DNA from: the human T2T-CHM13v2.0 reference genome, Homo sapiens
DNA length: 64,000 bases
NCBI RefSeq assembly: GCF_009914755.1
Contig: NC_060926.1
Strand: one strand, 5' to 3'
Part shown: piece after piece, positions 39,871 through 52,149 of the stretch
Layout: every line of letters starts with the position of its first letter
How positions within the stretch are numbered: the stretch's first letter is position 1
Notes under the pieces: model-generated
The model's database searches: none
Told to the model about the DNA's origin: nothing
Seen by the model: the letters and a program-made list of their open reading frames with translations, nothing else
Position numbers and translations under genes: made by a program

Positions 39871-42800
39871 AGATATTTTAAAATGCCATATTAGCACTTT
39901 TCAATCTGATTTTGTACTGATACATTCAAGTTAATGGTCTCTATTAAAACAAATGCCCTAATAAAGCAAGTATTTTCCAGTAGACCACCCAGCTAAGAGA
40001 TTGTGAACTTGGAGTAACAAATTAACTGGCCAACTGGCTGAATATCAGAAATTTTGGGACTGTTCAAAAAGTGATGCAATAAGATTAATTTACCATATTT
40101 GATTAGCTAAAAACATCAGACTCTTGAGAAACCCTTTAAGGTCTCAAGTGACTTCATTTGGGATTCTTCAGAGTATTTGACAATATTATGGGAATATTAA
40201 TGATAATATTCAGTAACTATGACTTTTGTGCCTAAAAATGATAAACTCCTTGGTAGACAGTAGAAATAAAAAATCATAAAATTAGATGCATTAATACATA
40301 TTATTTTTGTTTGGGACAAAAGAAAATCTACTGCATGGAAGAAAAAGATTAGCAAATTAAAAATCATAACTATCTTTTTTAAAATAAAAGATAGAGCTTA
40401 CCAATCTACTAATTAACATCACATGGAGCAAATACAATAAGAACTAGCCTCTATAGCAGACCAAGTGGAAATGATTAACCAATCTTATGCAAATATCTTG
40501 AAATGTGAATGAATGATTGTGAGATGCAAGATATTTAAACCTTGCAGGCAGGTAAGGAGGCTAGACTTTACACCTAATTATTTATCTAATCATAAGAAGT
40601 CAAACTTTTCGGATTTTTGTTATTGTTTCTTGGTTTTGTGTGCATGTGTGATGCTTTATTCTGCCTTCATGCACAGAGGAGTCCAATGAACTGTTTTCTA
40701 AATCCCTTTACTTATGCAGCAACCCCAGGAACCACTTAGTTCTCTGTCTACTTTAATGAATACATGAGTAACCAACGATTCCTTTCTACCAAAAGAATCA
40801 TATAGTTTACGTCTTCACTTGCAAACCATCTCCAGGCCAGCTGAAAGGGGATATCAGCCTTCCTAGGTCATAGCATTTGTCAATGCCCATAGTGTTCATT
40901 TTGTTAGACACCAACCAGAAAAAATCCTAAACCTTGTTTATGCTGTTCTAAATGGTGGCAACATCCCTCTGTTAAGTTCTAGGCATAAGAGATTTGAGAG
41001 CTCTTCATGCCATGTTGCAACTGAGGCCCCCAAAAGGAACATTTTCTCTTAAGGGAAGCTGGTTATTAAGACGAGATGCCTTTTATTTTTCTTTTATCTT
41101 TTCTACCTTTTTACTTAAGATGAAAAGCCTGCCAGACTTGACTAAATTTGCAGAATGATTATGTTCTGGTGAAGCAGAAAAAACTTAATAACAAGTAGGC
41201 CTAAGCAGTGTTATGAAAATCTGTGCAGTTCAACTTTTAGTATCCAATTGTATTTTTAATAAACGAGTAGTTAACTGCCATCAAGCTATTTTAGAAATGC
41301 TTCTGTTGAAATATTTGGTAATTTTTTTATGGGCCATGTTGAAGGAAAAGAAATCTCTAACTATCTAATGCATTAATTACAAACAATACTCATAATATTT
41401 AACAATAAAACAAAAAAGACAAATTTTGATTATAATTTTTGCAACATTTATAGTATGTGCTAAGTACATTGACAAAAAGAAAAGATAACCATAACTATTC
41501 CTTAAAGAATTTCCTATAACTATATGATGAAAGGAATAAGATTAGTTTGATGGCTTAAATTTTTTTCTTAAAATCCATTGACACGATTGTTTCCACTTAA
41601 AACTCTAATGAGAAACACCATAAACTAAGAGAAAAATCAATTAAGTAAACATAGTAACAATGTAATTAATCAATCATTCATTGGCTATGAATTCACATAT
41701 AGAAATCAGATTCAAAATTTTCCCTGACAAATATTTCCTGATTAGAATGGAAAAACTGTAATAACTAGCATTATTAAAATGTTAAAGGCTAAGATTTAAA
41801 CTGAACATAGCAGATACATGTATTCCACCCAGAGAGTACAGATGACCTTAATACGCTCTTTAAAAACAGAAAGTGGTTTATATAAATAAGATATTCCATT
41901 GCAGCATAAAAATATGAAGGGCAGGTTAAAAACAGGTAAATTATGAAAATATTATGGAGCTAAAAAAATTGTCAATTACCACTTAAAGTGCAGAAATTTC
42001 ATTAGCAAGATTAATGATGATTTACTGAAATCATTAAACCTTTACAATATTTGAGTAAAAGCTTCTATCACTATACAGCCACTTTCCTGTGAAGAATATT
42101 TTAGATCATTGCCTGAGGTGAAAAAACATAAAATATGTAGAAAGGCAACGTCATTTCTATCTCTTATTTATGCACTTTATTTTTCTTTATATTAATTTAG
42201 TGGTTACAATCTAATTAATATTAGCAGACATCAGTGGACAGGTAAAGAAAAAAAAGCAAAGGTCTTTATAACTCAGAGACAATTTTAAATGCATTAGGTA
42301 ATTAGTCAATCTTACTCAGAGTTGTGGAGTGGCTTAATGTCTGCCAGATTAAAGGAACAAATTTATTTTGCTACACACAATTAGTGCTATATTTAAAAAA
42401 AATCTTAGTAGAACAGGCAGGTATTATTCTATTTTTATAATGGGAAAAATATACAATGGGAAGACAGAAGTATCTTTATTGCACTAAATATTTTTTTTTT
42501 GCTCTGAGAACCAACTTAGGTGCATTTACAATAGTGAAAATAAAATACATCAACAATGAAACAATAAAATAATATTAACAAAAGCCAACAGTATTGATGA
42601 CTATTGTGGGTATTTGCCATTTCTTGGTTCCAGCCTGCCACCACCAGTTTAAATACACACACACACTTTTTTTTTTCCTATTATTCAAATTCCTCTTTCT
42701 ATAGGAATTCCATTCCATGTGATGAGATTTACACAGGGCTCACCTTACTCTTCTCACCTGGACCAGAAGAGTGAGAGCCAGCAAGGGCTATTAATTACAT

Positions 42801-43338
42801 TGACCCCAGCCAACCTAACTAGAGATGTCTCCAGGACTTTTCTACCTGAACTATGTGGAAAGGTATAGTCCTTCTACAGGAATTTCTAGCCTGGTAAAAT
42901 GTATACATGAACTACTGTTGGTCTTCTTATCACCAAACAAAAATAAAAGAACATGTTTGATTTCCTGGTAACAAAGTAAAACATGATACCAAGAGCACGG
43001 TTGTTAGATATAGATATATGGCTTATGAAAGGCAGTTTTGCCAGTATATAGGACACATACTTTGGAATTTTAGGATGCCATAGTTAGGGGTATAAGAGGT
43101 TTGTTAAGCTACCATTAGGGGTTTCCTACAATCTAGCAAGATCTTCACCTGCCCAGGTAGAATATCGTAATCATCCTGAGTGTACCTTGGGCTAAAAACA
43201 CTGAAGAGACTTCAGAAGCTAGTCTCATTTACCATACCCCATCCAGATGACTTTTGGTAATATTTTTGAAAAATAAATCATTTGAGCTTATCATAGTGAA
43301 ATGTAATTTCTCTAAGATGTATATATTAGCATGCTTAC

Positions 43339-43362
43339 CTTTGTCAGGCCTCAAACACAGTC
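43339..43362 (-). other. Candidate 24-nt microexon (unverified)
   Basis: Minus strand: tttttattttcctgtctacatag|GACTGTGTTTGAGGCCTGACAAAG|gtaagc, branch-like GTAAT about 30 nt upstream. Confidence 0.3.
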
Positions 43363-43641
43363 CTATGTAGACAGGAAAATAAAAATTTGATTACAAAGTG
43401 GAAGAAATTTCAACCAAAAAAAACAATCAGCATAAGGCTAGTGGTTGCAGTTTTTGTAGGTATTTTTGTCACCTACTGGACATGGAATAAACTCTTCATT
43501 CCTGCAATAGCCTGTGAGCTGATAATATCCTCTGACACCAGGGTTAAAGTTACCTTCCTGACCAGGTAGAAAATTTTATCTACCTTTATATGTTTGCACA
43601 TACAACTGTCTTTCTAGGATTATCTTAAGTTTTACAGTATC

Positions 43642-45906
43642 TGATATCGTTTGGCTGTGTCCCCACCCAAATCTCATCTTGAATTCCCATGTGTTGTTGG
43701 AGGGACCTGGTGGGAGGTAATTGAATCATGGGGCAGGTATCTCCTGTGCTTTTCTTGTGATAGTGAATAAGTCTCATGAGATCTGATAGTTTTATAAGGG
43801 GGAATTTCCCTGTACAAGCTCTCTCTTTCTGCCTGCTGCCTTCCACGTAAGACATGATTTGCTCCTCCTTTCCTTCTGCCATGATTGTGATGCCTCACTA
43901 GCCACATGGAACTGTAAGTGCATTAAATCCCTCTTTCTTTTGTAAATTGCCCAGTCTCGGATATGTCTTTATCAGCCACATGAAAACAGGCTAATACAGT
44001 AAATTGGTACCAGTAGAGTGGGGCACTGCTGAAAAGATACCTGAAAATGTAGAAGTGATGTTGGAACTGGGTAACAGGCAAAGGTTGGAAAAGTTTGGAG
44101 GGCTCGGAAGAAGACAGGAAAATGTGGGAAAGTTTGAAACTTCCTAGAGACTTATTGAATGGCTTTGCCCAAAATGCTGATAGCGATATAGACAATAAAG
44201 TCCAGGTTGAGGTGGTCTCAGATGGAAATGAGGAACTTGTTGGGAACTGGAGCAAAGTTGACTCTTGTTGTGTTTAAGCAAAGAGACTGGCAGCATTTTG
44301 TCCCTGCTCTAGAGATTTGTGGAAATTTGAACTTGAGAGAGATGATTTAGGGTATCTGGTGGAAGAAATTTCTAAGCAGCAAAGCATTCAAGAGGCAACT
44401 TAGGTGCTGTTAAAGGCATTCAGTTTTAAAGGGGAAACAGAGCCTAAAAGTTCAAAAAATTTGCAGCCTGACAGTGTGATAGAAAAGAAAATCCCATTTT
44501 CTGAGGAGAAATTCAAGCTAGCTGCAGAAATTTGCATAAGTAACAGGGAGCTGAATGTTAATCCCCAAGACAATGGGGAAAATTTCTCCAGGGTATTTCA
44601 GAGGTCTTCACAGCAGCCTCTCCATCACAGGCCCTGAAGCCTAGGAAGAAAAAGTGGTTTTGTGGGCTGGCCCAGGGTCTCTGTGCTGTGTGCAGCCTAG
44701 GGACTCGGTGCCTTGCATCCCGGCCCCTCCAGCCATGGCTGAAACAGGTCAATGTGGAGCTCAGGCCGTGGCTTCATTGGGTGCAACCTCAAGCTTTGAA
44801 AGCTTCCATGTGGTGTTGAGCCTGTGAGTGCACAGAAATCAAGAATTGGGGTTTGGAAACCTCTGCCTAGATTTCAGAGGATGTATGGAACCCCCTGGAT
44901 GCCCAGGCAGAAGTTTGATGCAGGGTTGGGGCCCTCATGGAGAACCACTGCTAGGGCAGTGTGGATGGGAAATGTGGGACTGGAGCCCCTGCACAGAGTC
45001 CCTACTGGGGCACCACCTAGTAGAACTGTGAGAAGAGGACCACCGTCTTCTGGATAGCTTGCACCATGCCCTTAGAAAAGCTGCAGACACTCAATGCCAA
45101 CCCATGAAAGCAACCAGGAGGGAGGCTGTACTCTGCAAGGCCACAAGGGTAGAGCTGCCCAAGACCATGGAACCCCTCTCTTGCATCCACGTGGCCTGGA
45201 TGTGAGAGACAGAGCCTAGGGAGACTCATTTTGGAACTTAAAGATTTGACTGCCCTGCTGGATTTCAGACCTGCATGGGGCCTATAGTCCCCTTGTTTTG
45301 GGCAATTTCTCCCATTTGGAATAGCATTTATCCAATGCCTGTACCCTTATTGTATCCAGGAAGTAACTAACTTGCTTTTGATTTTACAGGCTCATAACTG
45401 GAAGGGACTTGCCTTGTCTCAGATGAGATGTTGGACTAGGGACTTTAGAGTTAATGCTGAAATGAGTTAAAACTTTGAGGGACTGTTGGGAAGGCATGGT
45501 TGGTCTTGAAATGTGAAGACATGCGATTTGGGAGGGGCCAGGGGCAGAATGATGTGGTTTGACTGTGTCCCCACCCAAATCTCATGTTGAATTTCCATGT
45601 GTTGTGGGAGGGAGTCAGTGGGAGGTAATTGAATCATGGGGGCAGGCCTTTCCCATGCTGTTCTAATGATAGTGAATAAGTCTCATGAGATTTGATGGTT
45701 TTATAAGGTGGATGTTCCCTGCTGAAGCTCTCTCTCTTTGCTTGTGGCCATCCATGGAAGATGTGACTTGCTCCTCCTTGCCTTCTGCCATGATTGTGAG
45801 GCCTCCCCAGCCCTGTAGAACTGTAGTCCATTAAACCTCTCTTTCTTTTGCAAATTGCCAAGTCTTGGGTATGTCTTTATCAACAGTGGGAAAACAGACT
45901 ATTACA
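43642..45906 (+). mobile_element. Complete THE1 (THE1A/B-like) element: LTR-internal-LTR
   Basis: 5' LTR 43642-43998, internal region from GTAAATTGGTACCAGTAGAGTGGGG, PPT GGGAGGGGCCAGGGGCAGAA, 3' LTR 45550-45906; TSD GTATC/CTATC. Confidence 0.96.
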
Positions 45907-45911
45907 CTATC

Positions 45912-45993
45912 TTTTTTTTTTAATCACTTTTTGAGATGGAGTCTCACTCTGTCACTAGGCTGGAGTGCAGTGGCATGATCTTGGCTCACTGTA
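45912..45993 (-). mobile_element. Alu right-arm 3' fragment (AluSc-like)
   Basis: TTTTTGAGATGGAGTCTCACTCTGTCACTAGGCTGGAGTGCAGTGGCATGATCTTGGCTCACTG. Confidence 0.85.
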
Positions 45994-46153
45994 AAACCAC
46001 ATTTTCTCATCCAGTCTACCACTGATAGGTATTTAGGTTGATTCCATGTCTTTGCTATTGTGAATAGTGCTGCAATGCAAACACACATGCATGTGTATTT
46101 ATAATAGAATGAGTTATATTACTTTGGGTATATACCCAGTAATGGGATTGCTG
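45994..46153 (-). mobile_element. L1P ORF2 3' fragment
   Basis: CCACATTTTCTCATCCAGTCTACC...TTTGGGTATATACCCAGTAATGGGATTGCTG. Confidence 0.88.
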
Positions 46154-46319
46154 TGTGAAGAAATGGAAGCTTTGGTTGTGAAGAAATGAAAGCTTTCCAT
46201 TTCTTCAACGTTCACCTCTCCAACACTATCTTCCCAGTCTTCTGGGGTAGAATTCATTGCTTCATTCTGTGTTCTTGCTTCATTTTTATCATATTTTTGA
46301 CCTATCACTTATTTTTCTC

Positions 46320-46520
46320 TTTTTTAAAAAATTTAAATATTATGGATACATAGCATTTGTATACATTTATGGGGTACATGAGATGTTTTAATATGGGCAT
46401 AAAATGCGTGATGATCAAATCAGGATAACTGGGATATCCATCACCTCAAGTTTTTATCATTCCTTTGTTTTAGGAACACTTCAATTCCACTCTTTTAGTT
46501 ACTTTAAAATGTACAATACT
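46320..46520 (-). mobile_element. L1MA-type 3' end
   Basis: TACATTTATGGGGTACATGAGATGTTTT...GGGATATCCATCACCTCAAG. Confidence 0.8.
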
Positions 46521-46539
46521 TTTGTACATTGCAATTTAT

Positions 46540-46650
46540 CAGATTTTCTGTCTCTCTCCCTTATTGGACTGTGAGCTTCTTGCAAGTAAGGTACCTTTTT
46601 GCACAAAATTGTTTAATATGTACTCAATTTGCATTAGATGAATAAATGAG
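46540..46650 (+). mobile_element. L2 3' terminus
   Basis: GGACTGTGAGCTTCTTGCAAGTAAGG...ATGAATAAATGA. Confidence 0.5.
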
Positions 46651-47377
46651 TTATTCTATGCAAGTATTTTTTTAAAATGTGACATACTAATTCAGATAAT
46701 ATAAAAATCAACAGGCCATATAAAAACAATGAAATGTTATATGGTTTATAGAATTAATCTAAAAAAATCCTTAACTATTAGATATGGAATTAAATTTTAC
46801 ATAATTTTTAGTTTGGGAATACATTGGTAGTTTTTTTTCTTCAAAATGTTCAAGATGACCTGGAAGCAAGTCTATAAATTATACTTACTAAATATTATAC
46901 TATTAATTATTGGCCATGAATAAAAGAAACATCAGCTACAACAATTAAAAATAACAACAGAGGACTGCATAAATTATTGTTTATAATAGAAAAACCAGTA
47001 AGATGTAAAAATGAAGAGTAAGTAATATCAAACTCTCTGGCTTTAAATTAAATTCACATTTTCATCATATGGCCTTTCTGAACTTTTTATGTGGTTTCAA
47101 TGAAATTCTGTGTAATTGCAGAGTTTGATCATCCTGGATACCTCTCTATGCCATAATCAGACACATGCTGAAGATCAAAAAGGTCCAATTTCCTGTTCAG
47201 GTTAATGAATAATTCATTCATTTCTTAAATCAGGGTCTTGGTTTATCTTTTTACTGGTCAAACTAACATATGGTATATGAATAGATGTTGGAATTTTGAA
47301 TTCTTTGCATTCAATTATAGCTAGAAAATTGAAGTAGGGAAAAAATAATTAAGAAGGTAAATAGAAATATTATGCTT

Positions 47378-48014
47378 AGAGAAAAATGAATGCTTATACA
47401 CTGTTAGTAGGAGTGTAAATTAGTTCAACCATTGTGGAAGACAGTATTTCCTCAAAGACCTAAAGACAGAAATACCATTCAACACAGTAATCTCATTACT
47501 GGGTATATACCCAAAGGAATATAAATCATTCTGTTATACAAACACATGCACATGTATGTTAATTGCAGCACTATTTACAATAGCAAAGACGTGGAAGCAA
47601 CTTAAATGCCCATGAATGATAGACTGGATAAAGAAAATGTGGTACATATACACAATGGAATACTATGCAGTAATAAAAAAGAATGAGATCATGCCCTTTG
47701 CGGGGACATGAATGGAACTAGAGGCCATTATCCTTAGCAAACTAACACAGGAACAGAAGATCAAATACCGCATGTTCTCACTTATAAGTAGAAGCTAAAT
47801 GATGAGAACACATGGACACATGGAGGGGAACAATACACACTGGGGCCTTTTGGAGATTGGCAGGTGGAAGAAGGGAGAGGATCAGGAAAAATAACTAATG
47901 GGTACTAGGCTTATTACCTGGGTGATGAAATCATCTCTACAACAAACCCCCATGACACAAGTTTACCTGTGTAACAAACCTGCACTTGTACCGCTGAACT
48001 TAAAAGTTCAAAAA
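47378..48014 (+). mobile_element. 5'-truncated L1PA13-16-like element
   Basis: 3'UTR GGATCAGGAAAAATAACTAATGGGTACTAGGCTT; TSD AGAAATATTATG(C/T)TT at 47363-47377 and 48015-48029. Confidence 0.92.
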
Positions 48015-49399
48015 AGAAATATTATGTTTTAAAAATAACATTCTTATATGTTCCAAGTACTGATATGAACCAGTGAAAATCCACTGGCTAGATATAATAC
48101 CACAGAAACTGACAATTTAAGGGTTGATTTGTAATGACTTGTGGAAATCTTCACAGTTTATTATATATACTATACAGAGAAGGTAAACATCATCTAAGAT
48201 AACCACTTTAAAGAATCTTAGGCACCAAAATATTCGGTGCTCTAGCGTTCTGTAATGATTGTCTGTACTGAAGTCAGTAATGAAGATCTATAACCTTTTG
48301 TTGTAATCCTACAGTGCTGCAAATCTTTGTGTCAGGTATCCTTGGTGACAGTATGACAATGAAACAAACATTAAGAATTGTATTTTAGTTTTTGAAAGCA
48401 GAGAACAGAACAGATGAAGTGATTAGAGCATTTGAAGGCACTGGCCAGCATAAGTTGACATTCATTTGAAAAGTAGTAGATTACAGTTCTGAGGAATCTA
48501 TTGCTATGTTAATCTCTCCCTGGGAAAGTGTTGCTCTGTATGTAACATTTTCAGAGCTTTGAATTTCTTATTTCAAGCAAAGAGTAACAAAAAGAAATGC
48601 TTTGATATCAGAACTGGCCATTGTTTGAATGAACTTAAACAACTAAACAATTCCCTAAATTACCTAAGTAAGAGAACAGACCCTCTAGCATGGGGAAAAC
48701 AATGCTTTGAACTGCCATCCTAGTGGTCCTAGCAGAACAAAATGAAAATCAAAGTATTGCTCATAAGAGTCACTGAAATTTAGGTGTTAATGTCTCTACA
48801 CAGAGAGAAGAGGAAGTTAGAAAATGATAAGAACCACAGATTTCATGAAAAGCATTTCAACCAGAATTTGTTGATCATATGCAGAGAACTAAAATGCGAT
48901 TGCAAGGACTAAAGAAACAGTCCCTGTCATTTGATTATCTCTTGTTAGAGTTCATTTTTAGAGAAAAGCTGATACCACATTTGATAAAGCAAAAATTATA
49001 AATATCTTAGACTTCCTATTGTTTCAGCACTTAGACCTTCTATTGTTATGAAAGCTCCAGGTGACTGATCTTATTAAGATCTGCATGTTAAAGAGAAAAA
49101 ATATATATTCTATGAGACAAACAACATAACCAGACATAGCTAGACAAAACTCCATAGGGGAAAGCTGGCCTGCATCCTTATTCCCCTTTGTTCTACACAT
49201 TCAATTCATTTCATTATTTGTGTTGTGGAGATGTTACTAATCAAGTGATGATGGAACATTATCCCTGCAGCCCCTTTAAATGTTTAGCTCTGTTTCCACT
49301 TCTCTATATTTTACATGTGATATGCTCCTTTGCAAACACGAAGACTTTTAAACTGCACAATTGGAATTATGATTTGAGCAACTTATTCATTCTCTTTTT

Positions 49400-50190
49400 T
49401 CTCCCTCTGACTCCACAAGACTTCACCAACTTTCAGTGGCATCAATTCTTCCTTCACAGAAAATTATGTACTCTTTTGACTCTCAGGTTCCAAAAAGACA
49501 TACCTACCTGGATGTTCTTCTTTTCCTGATCTTAAAATAGCATCTTTCTTCCCAGGGAAACTCTCTAAGGCAAATTCTTCTCGTTACTCTGGATCCCATC
49601 TCCTCACATCTTTTTACATGCCACTCACTAAGAATAATTCCCATTTTAGCCTCTCTCTTTACAGGAACTGTCCCATAAACATTTAAATATGTTGAAATAT
49701 CCCCCATCTTAAAAAATATATTTTCCTTATCCCTACTTTTACTCCAGATACCATCCTAACATTCTTTTTTCCTTTATGACAATTTTTTCAAAACATTGTT
49801 CTGTAGTAGCAGTCTCGCCCCACTCTAGAGGATATAATTAATTCTTTCCAGTGTGAAGATTGAGAAAGTCTTCATAAATGACATATTGAAGAATGAGTGA
49901 AATGGTTGCAGGTGATTAACATACACAAAGGGATTAAGCATGAATGGATCCCCACACACCAAAGTATAGTCATAAGAGAATATAACCTGGACAGAAAAGT
50001 GGTTCCACACTTCTGGTGTAAGATGATGATTTGTGTGTGACAGAAACAGACTGGGTGAGGATTGAAAATATAGGTTATAGTCACATTGAGAACATTTATT
50101 TAAGTCAGGTTTTTACTGGCATCATTTACCTGTAAAACATCAGTGGTGAGTAACATGGTTAGACTTACATTTTAGAATAATAACTCCTCA
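49400..50190. mobile_element. L2 remnants (plus piece then minus piece)
   Basis: TACTCTGGATCCCATCTCCTCACATC and CCCATCTTAAAAAA (plus); GTAACATGGTTAGACTTACATTTTAGAATAATAACTC (minus). Confidence 0.55.
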
Positions 50191-50425
50191 CAGTGGTTTG
50201 TCTCCAGGGCACTAAAAGAAGAAAGTCTATGTTCAAATTCTGACTATATCACTTTCTGCATGACGATGGACAATATATTTAATATCTCTGTGCCTCAGTT
50301 CTTTCATGTGTTCAAAACATTAACAGCACTACCTCATTGTGAAGATTAAAACAGAAAATGTGTTTTAATTAAGACTTAGCATACAGCCTTATTGATAGTA
50401 AGAATCAATAAATGTTAGTGGCAAT
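50190..50425 (+). mobile_element. MIR
   Basis: GTTCAAATTCTGACT...ATTTAATATCTCTGTGCCTCAGTT...TCAATAAATGTTAG. Confidence 0.75.
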
Positions 50426-51689
50426 ATGCTTGTTATTCTATTTTTCAATATTTACTTCAAGTAAATAGCTGGAAACTTTTTATGCATAATTCTTTTGTGA
50501 GTAAAGAAAGCTCATGGCAGCACCATTTATAATTGCAAGAAAAAAAGAGGACAAAGGAAAATGACAGAGAAATTAATTTTAAAAAATCATGTTTTGGTCC
50601 AGTTATTACTAAAACACATACAAAAAAATGGCTGCCAAATTTGGAAAGTATATTTGGAATGGCCTGACAAAATATAGTCAATATAGGATGCATAACATTC
50701 CCTTTGAAAAGCAAATCAGGATGGTAAAACCATTGGCAGAAGGAACAAGTTCTTTCAAGGGCAACCAAGGTTAATATCTAAGCACCAGAAGAAAGAGGTA
50801 ATCATCCTTCAAAACAGCTGAAATGGAGGTGTAATGAAAGCCTTCTTTCTACAATTGCTTATGAGAAGAAATGTTCTCTTTCAAGGGCAATTGAAAACCA
50901 TAGCGTCTCTCAAGGGATATCTGTCTCATAATTGTGCAAGATGCCAAACACAGAAGGAGGTATTGGGGGGGAACACATTTGTCTTCCAATATGTGTTCAA
51001 ATAAGGTTATGTTAAAAAAAATCTAATTTAGGTTCAATGGAAAGGTGAACTATAAGTATATCCAATACAATGTAAGATCTCATTAGAATCAATTATAGCA
51101 CCCTAAATAGAGGAAGAACAAATATTGTATAAAGATTCTTTGTGACAAAGTTGAAAATAATTATAGCTCTGTATTAGTTATTACAATTATATTTAATTAC
51201 TAAGACTCCAACATTAATATCTTTGTTATATTAATAAGCAATATTTTAACAATGGTTAAAGATTCCTCTGAGCAATTTGAGGTAGTATGTATCATGAGTA
51301 TATTAAACTGAGTTCATACACATAATAAAGTGTTGATCAGTCAATTAGGAAAAAAATGTGTAACCAATTCATTGAATGAGTTAGACCCAGAAGAAAGGGA
51401 ACATACATATAACTTTGTTTTTACTTTACTGCTTTTGTCTATCAATGAATCTCCCATCTGCACCCCTCAGAGATAGATCACAAGGCTATTCTTCCAGTCA
51501 GTCTTAGATATTAGTGAGCTAGAGTCTCATTGAGATATTAAGTCCATTAGTGGCTCAAGTCTCATTTTAGAGGTGTTAAGTCCATTTACACAGAAAATAC
51601 AGTTTCACTATTACCCAAATCAGAACTTCTCTCCTTCTCCAGCTCAGTACTGTCTCAAATTGTGAAAATTCTCTTGATGAAGGCACATA

Positions 51690-52149
51690 TATCAATATTA
51701 GATTAAGATGTGCATAGTCAAACTTCCAGTGCCTTAAAAGAGATAGAAGTTTCTTTCTTCTTTATGTAAAGTCCAGGTCTGGGAGGCTGGTACCACACTG
51801 TCATCAGGGACTCAGGCTCCTTATACTAGCTTGTCCATTATTCTTGTCACATGACATCCACTTCCACTTCAGTATGACTGAAAGCACTCAGGGCATCACA
51901 TCCATATTCTCCCTAGCAGCAGGAAAGAGATGAAGAATGCTCTGTCCCTTTTGTTTAAACACACATTTTGGAAGTCACAGATGACATTACTGCTTACATC
52001 AAGCCAAAATTGGATCACATGGCCTCTCAGAAGTACAGGGAGCCCAAGAAATAGTGGGGGGATAGCCGTTTGTCCACTGAAAATTATGTAATTTATCATC
52101 TCTTAAGGAGAGAATCAATTTGGGGAAACAGCTAGCATTCTTGGACACA
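51690..52149 (-). mobile_element. Old MLT1 (K/L-like) LTR
   Basis: GATAGAAGTTTCTTTCT, GTCATCAGGGACTCAGGCTCCTT, TCACATGGCC...GGGAG. Confidence 0.65.
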
